In this document: piece after piece, positions 33,193 through 36,329 of the stretch
Numbering within the stretch: the first letter of the stretch is position 1
How the letters are laid out: every line of letters starts with the position of its first letter
Origin: a virus
Taxonomy: Duplodnaviria > Caudoviricetes
Virus record (IMG/VR): IMGVR_UViG_3300037424_002111
Span: 1-36,329 of that record
DNA: 36,329 nucleotides
Direction: 5' to 3' (one strand)
Translations under genes and position numbers: made by a program
Notes under the pieces: model-generated
What the model saw: the letters and a program-made list of their open reading frames with translations, nothing else
What the model was told of the DNA's origin: nothing
The model's database searches: none

Positions 33193-33504
33193 TCAGCTCC
33201 TCGCCGGCGGAGTCGGTTGCGGGCCGCCGATCGGCTCGCTGGGCTTCACCTTCCCCAGGGTTCGGATCTCGATCCGAACATCCGGGGTGCCAGGGAGGCG
33301 GAGCTTCCGCCCCGTATTCTTCAGGCGATCCTCATCAAACCAGTGCCACTCCGGGAGTTTCCCATCCTTGGTCATCTTCCGGGGGCAGAGGGCATACTGA
33401 AGGCACCCGGTTATATATTCTGTGCGCCCCATAACCACCCCCTCGAAGCCGGTCACCTCATCCTTGAGGATCGAGCCGATCGCAAACCTGAACTGTTTTC
33501 CCAT
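33193..33504 (-). CDS. Hypothetical SH3-like phage protein
   Basis: AAGGAG SD; G..LKDEVTGFEGVV.GRTEYITGC.QY...WFDEDRL...GGP is a pattern seen in small phage proteins. Confidence 0.8.
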   Translation of the reverse strand: MGKQFRFAIGSILKDEVTGFEGVVMGRTEYITGCLQYALCPRKMTKDGKLPEWHWFDEDRLKNTGRKLRLPGTPDVRIEIRTLGKVKPSEPIGGPQPTPPARS

Positions 33505-33528
33505 GCTGAGCTCCTTTCCTTGGTTGAC

Positions 33529-33837
33529 TTATTCCGCGGGCGTGCTAGGATTCTCTTGGGTGTTCCTTTCCTCCTTGGGCTTCGGCCCCTCGAGCACGTT
33601 CGGGGGGCCGATCTCTTCGATGGCCTCTCGGAGAGCTCTCGCCCACTCGGCGATCATCGGGATAGCTTCGCGTACGAAAGCCTCAACCGCTTCCCTCAGG
33701 GCCTTCGAGAGCTCGATCCACTCCCGGGCGAGATCCCCCTTTTCCTCCTCACTGAGCCCGGCGATCCAGGAGTCAAGGTTTTTCGCCTTGACCCGCACCA
33801 TCCGCGAGAGCATCTTCTGACGAGCCATTTTCTTCAC
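33529..33837 (-). CDS. Hypothetical helical protein
   Basis: Fills the operon gap; purine-rich SD-like sequence upstream. Confidence 0.65.
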   Translation of the reverse strand: MKKMARQKMLSRMVRVKAKNLDSWIAGLSEEEKGDLAREWIELSKALREAVEAFVREAIPMIAEWARALREAIEEIGPPNVLEGPKPKEERNTQENPSTPAE

Positions 33838-33858
33838 TCCCTTCGCCGCTTTTCAAAT

Positions 33859-34188
33859 TCACCCGTGCCGCAGACGCATTCCTTGATAATACTTATCCCA
33901 TCCAGAACGACAAAACTTTGAGTTTCTGGAATGCGCCTTTATAAATACAGCCAATCCAAGTGCTCCGTAATGACTTGGATTGCTTTCGGCATCGGCAATA
34001 AATTTTTCGAGCGGAGCTTGCATTAGGACGCTTCCACAATGCGGGCAACAAGGAACGTGGGTATCTGTAACCCCGAGATCTTCCGGGAAGCTGGTCCACC
34101 AGCAACAGTGGGTGCTATACATCGCCCATCTTCCTCCGCCATATTCGGGTATAACCGGGGATTGCGTAATAATCTCGTTTGTGTTCAT
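33859..34188 (-). CDS. Hypothetical Cys/Trp-rich protein, AT-rich gene
   Basis: ATGA coupling; HCCWWT...CCPHCGS; visibly lower GC than its neighbours. Confidence 0.75.
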   Translation of the reverse strand: MNTNEIITQSPVIPEYGGGRWAMYSTHCCWWTSFPEDLGVTDTHVPCCPHCGSVLMQAPLEKFIADAESNPSHYGALGLAVFIKAHSRNSKFCRSGWDKYYQGMRLRHG

Positions 34189-34727
34189 TTTTCCAATCCG
34201 TCAAACTGCCGATTGAGCTGGCCGATGAAGGCGTAGATCCGATCCACGCGCGCGGCCGCCTCATCGCATGGCGTCCCGTTTATCCCCTCGAAGTCTCCGG
34301 CATGATCGCTAACGATCCGGACGTGCTCCGCCTCGTGGTCTACCAGCTTCCGGAAGTAGATCCGCCACTCCGGAATGAGATCGAGCGGAAGATCCATCGG
34401 GCGCGGGAGATAAACCCGGGTCGGCATCTCGGCCCAGATCCCCACCACCGCCCCGCCTTCGCATCCCCAGCCGAAGTTCGCGCCCCAGGTCGTCCAGGCG
34501 AGCGCGTTCTCTGGGCCGCCGGCGGCCACCACCGCCAGGACGGAGGAAGCTCTCCACTCCTCCTCGGATATCCCATTGATCGGGAAGTAGATCGCCTCCG
34601 CGCCCGGGATCTCGGCCCGGAAGGCCTCGTCGATCCAGAGAACTCCGGCTTCGGCACCGATTCCAACCGAGCAAGCCAGAGCGGCCAGGGCCAGACAGGC
34701 GAGGAAGCCGGAGATCCGCCTGGTCAT
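34185..34727 (-). CDS. Exported HExxH metalloprotease-like protein (DUF922-like), 180 aa
   Basis: ATG 34727 (ATGA overlap); signal peptide MTRRISGFLACLAALALAC; W..Y...LVDHEAEHVRI...C. Confidence 0.65.
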   Translation of the reverse strand: MTRRISGFLACLALAALACSVGIGAEAGVLWIDEAFRAEIPGAEAIYFPINGISEEEWRASSVLAVVAAGGPENALAWTTWGANFGWGCEGGAVVGIWAEMPTRVYLPRPMDLPLDLIPEWRIYFRKLVDHEAEHVRIVSDHAGDFEGINGTPCDEAAARVDRIYAFIGQLNRQFDGLEK

Positions 34728-35005
34728 CTCAGCCCATCCAGGCCATCCCTCGAAAGCGCCGGGCCCAGGAGCGCCTCTCCGCAACTCAGCTCCGCCCTTC
34801 GGCGGCGCTTGAGCTCCGAGGTTATCACCTCGACGAAGTGGAGGTTACTTTTCAGCCGCGGCCAAACATCCCCTGAGGGATAGTTGAATATCTTTCGATC
34901 GAGAGCGAACTCGCAAACCGCAGCGTCTTCGATGGAATCCGCGAGATCCGAGACCAGTTCTTCGCGCGGAATTTCGGTGAGGTCGGGAGCTGGCCGGTCA
35001 GTCAT
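34724..35005 (-). CDS. Hypothetical protein (93 aa)
   Basis: AAGGAG before ATG 35005. Confidence 0.7.
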   Translation of the reverse strand: MTDRPAPDLTEIPREELVSDLADSIEDAAVCEFALDRKIFNYPSGDVWPRLKSNLHFVEVITSELKRRRRAELSCGEALLGPALSRDGLDGLR

Positions 35006-35213
35006 GGGGGAGCTCCTTCTTATCCGGAATCGGCCACTCGCACTTTTTCCCCCGCTCTTCAAACGTGAGCGGGATGAGCTCGAGCGGGAGGCCGGCGCCT
35101 TCGGCGTACTTCTTCACATCTTCTGAACAGCCCGAGCAAACAAAGTGCTCGACGGTGCTCGCTATCCACACGTATTTGAACTTCGCGTCTTTTCCGCACG
35201 GTCTATTCGCCAT
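34998..35213 (-). CDS. Small Cys-containing hypothetical protein
   Basis: AAGGAG SD; CGK.A...CSGC...C; overlaps both neighbours. Confidence 0.7.
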   Translation of the reverse strand: MANRPCGKDAKFKYVWIASTVEHFVCSGCSEDVKKYAEGAGLPLELIPLTFEERGKKCEWPIPDKKELPHD

Positions 35214-35568
35214 CTGAGGGCTCCTTTCCCTTCAGCTTTGCCTCGTGTTTCTCGGCCTCCGCCTTGATCTGGTCGCTCCGTTTCTCCCAGATCGAGGCGA
35301 GATCCAGGGCGCCCATGAGGAAGCACGGCTGGCAGATAAAGAGCTCCGTCATGAGCTCCTTCTGTTTATCGCCCAGCACCAAAACGGCGTCGTCTGATTC
35401 CGGAGCGAACTCCTCCCCCAGGGCTACGTTTCCACCCATGTATTGAATCATCCCGAGGGTCCGGTTTGCGGCTGGGGTAAAGAGCGCCTGAGAGAATCGG
35501 ATAACGTAAAAGATCGGAGAAATCTTTTTACCGCACTTGTCGCACGGCCTACATTCTGAGAGCTTCAT
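35203..35568 (-). CDS. Hypothetical Zn-ribbon protein (CDKC...CQPC)
   Basis: AAGGAGG SD; ATGA overlap with the upstream stop. Confidence 0.8.
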   Translation of the reverse strand: MKLSECRPCDKCGKKISPIFYVIRFSQALFTPAANRTLGMIQYMGGNVALGEEFAPESDDAVLVLGDKQKELMTELFICQPCFLMGALDLASIWEKRSDQIKAEAEKHEAKLKGKEPSDGE

Positions 35569-36329
35569 TCCTGAGCCTCCTTAGTCTCGCGCGCGGCAGT
35601 TTCAATATCCACCATTTTTCTCAGCCAGCCGATCAAGGCCAGATATTCCTGCGCGTAGCGATTCTCTTTATGAGTCTCTAGAACTGCCTCCTCGAACTCG
35701 TCTAATGTTTTTTCCTCGAAGCAGCCTGTCCAGACCAGTCCAAACTCCGGGGAGAAAACAAGTGGAGAATTTCGAGATCCGATCGGCCCTACAGTGATCA
35801 GCCGTTTATATTCTCGTTCTCCTGTGACGCGCGCCCCTTCGCCGACGCGCGCCCATTCGCCGACGCGCGCCCCTTCGCCGACGCTCGCCCGATTGCCGAC
35901 GCTCGCCCCTTCGCCGACGCGCGCCCCTTCGCCGACGCTCGCCCGATTGCCGACGCTCGCCCCTTCGCCGACGCTCGCCCATTCGCCGACGCGCGCCCAT
36001 TCGCCGACGCGCGCCCCTTCGCCGACGCTCGCCCGATTGCCGACGCTCGCCCCTTCGCCGACGCTCGCCCATTCGCCGACGCGCGCCCCTTCGCCGACGC
36101 TCGCCCATTCGCCGACGCGCGCCCCTTCGCCGACGCGCGCCCATTCGCCGACGCGCGCCCCTTCGCCGACGCTCGCCCGATTGCCGACGCTCGCCCCTTC
36201 GCCGACGCTCGCCCATTCGCCGACGCGCGCCCCTTCGCCGACGCTCGCCCGATTGCCGACGCTCGCCCCTTCGCCGACGCTCGCCCATTCGCCGACGCGC
36301 GCCCCTTCGCCGACGCTCGCCCATTCGCC
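35565..36329 (-). CDS. Hexapeptide-repeat protein, 3' part (repeats plus 87-aa C-terminal domain)
   Basis: Frame open from 36329 to TGA 35565: ...VGEGAR-VTGEREYKRLITVGPIGSRNSPLVFSPEFGLVWTGCFEEKTLDEFEEAVLETHKENRYAQEYLALIGWLRKMVDIETAARETKEAQE*. Confidence 0.9.
   Translation of the reverse strand, partial: GEWASVGEGARVGEWASVGEGASVGNRASVGEGARVGEWASVGEGASVGNRASVGEGARVGEWARVGEGARVGEWASVGEGARVGEWASVGEGASVGNRASVGEGARVGEWARVGEWASVGEGASVGNRASVGEGARVGEGASVGNRASVGEGARVGEWARVGEGARVTGEREYKRLITVGPIGSRNSPLVFSPEFGLVWTGCFEEKTLDEFEEAVLETHKENRYAQEYLALIGWLRKMVDIETAARETKEAQE
35829..36329. repeat. 18-bp coding tandem repeat, right part (29 units in total after circularisation)
   Basis: Five unit variants and no spacers. 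Confidence 0.97.
36203..36329. repeat. 127-bp terminal direct repeat, right copy
   Basis: Identical to 1-127. Confidence 0.9.

Noticed and set aside
35806-36324. Arg-rich 172-aa ORF (MGERRRRGARRR...) in the ORF track
   Set aside because: It is an off-frame reading of the repeat. The VGEGAR frame has an SD, a start and a sensible C-terminal domain.
35829-36329. CRISPR array or telomere-like repeat at the contig ends
   Set aside because: The units are contiguous 18-mers without unique spacers, there are no cas genes, and the array is in frame within a protein gene.
1-36329. tRNA, rRNA or IS elements, and a firm host assignment
   Set aside because: No cloverleaf, rRNA or transposase signature was seen. 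Some features are reminiscent of Chloroflexota phages, but that cannot be supported without a search.

Overview
The window is an apparently complete ~36.2 kb GC-rich tailed-phage (siphovirus-type) genome. Bases 1-127 are identical to 36203-36329, and one gene runs in frame across that junction, so the contig circularises to 36,202 bp. From a divergent control region (~2620-2930), a minus-strand arm encodes RecT/Redbeta-like and Gam-like proteins and small accessory genes, and continues across the junction into ParB-like, Mom-like, terminase, portal-MuF fusion, protease, HK97-type capsid, neck, tail and holin genes. The plus-strand arm encodes a replication initiator, helicase loader, mini-PolX, C5 methyltransferase, ASCH, RusA, an LmbU-like protein, an amino-methyltransferase, a small accessory operon and a stand-alone two-domain endolysin. 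I recognise no integrase, CI-like repressor, tRNA, CRISPR array or reverse transcriptase. Most interesting: (1) a dual-frame C5 methyltransferase whose motif IX and seven ~30-aa WPTP modules lie in a nested alternative frame; (2) a 94-bp element in two diverged, ungapped copies upstream of unrelated genes; (3) a 29-unit hexapeptide-repeat gene missed by the ORF track; (4) three DNA-modification enzymes plus a DxE mini-PolX. Family calls come from motif recognition by eye, not database searches.
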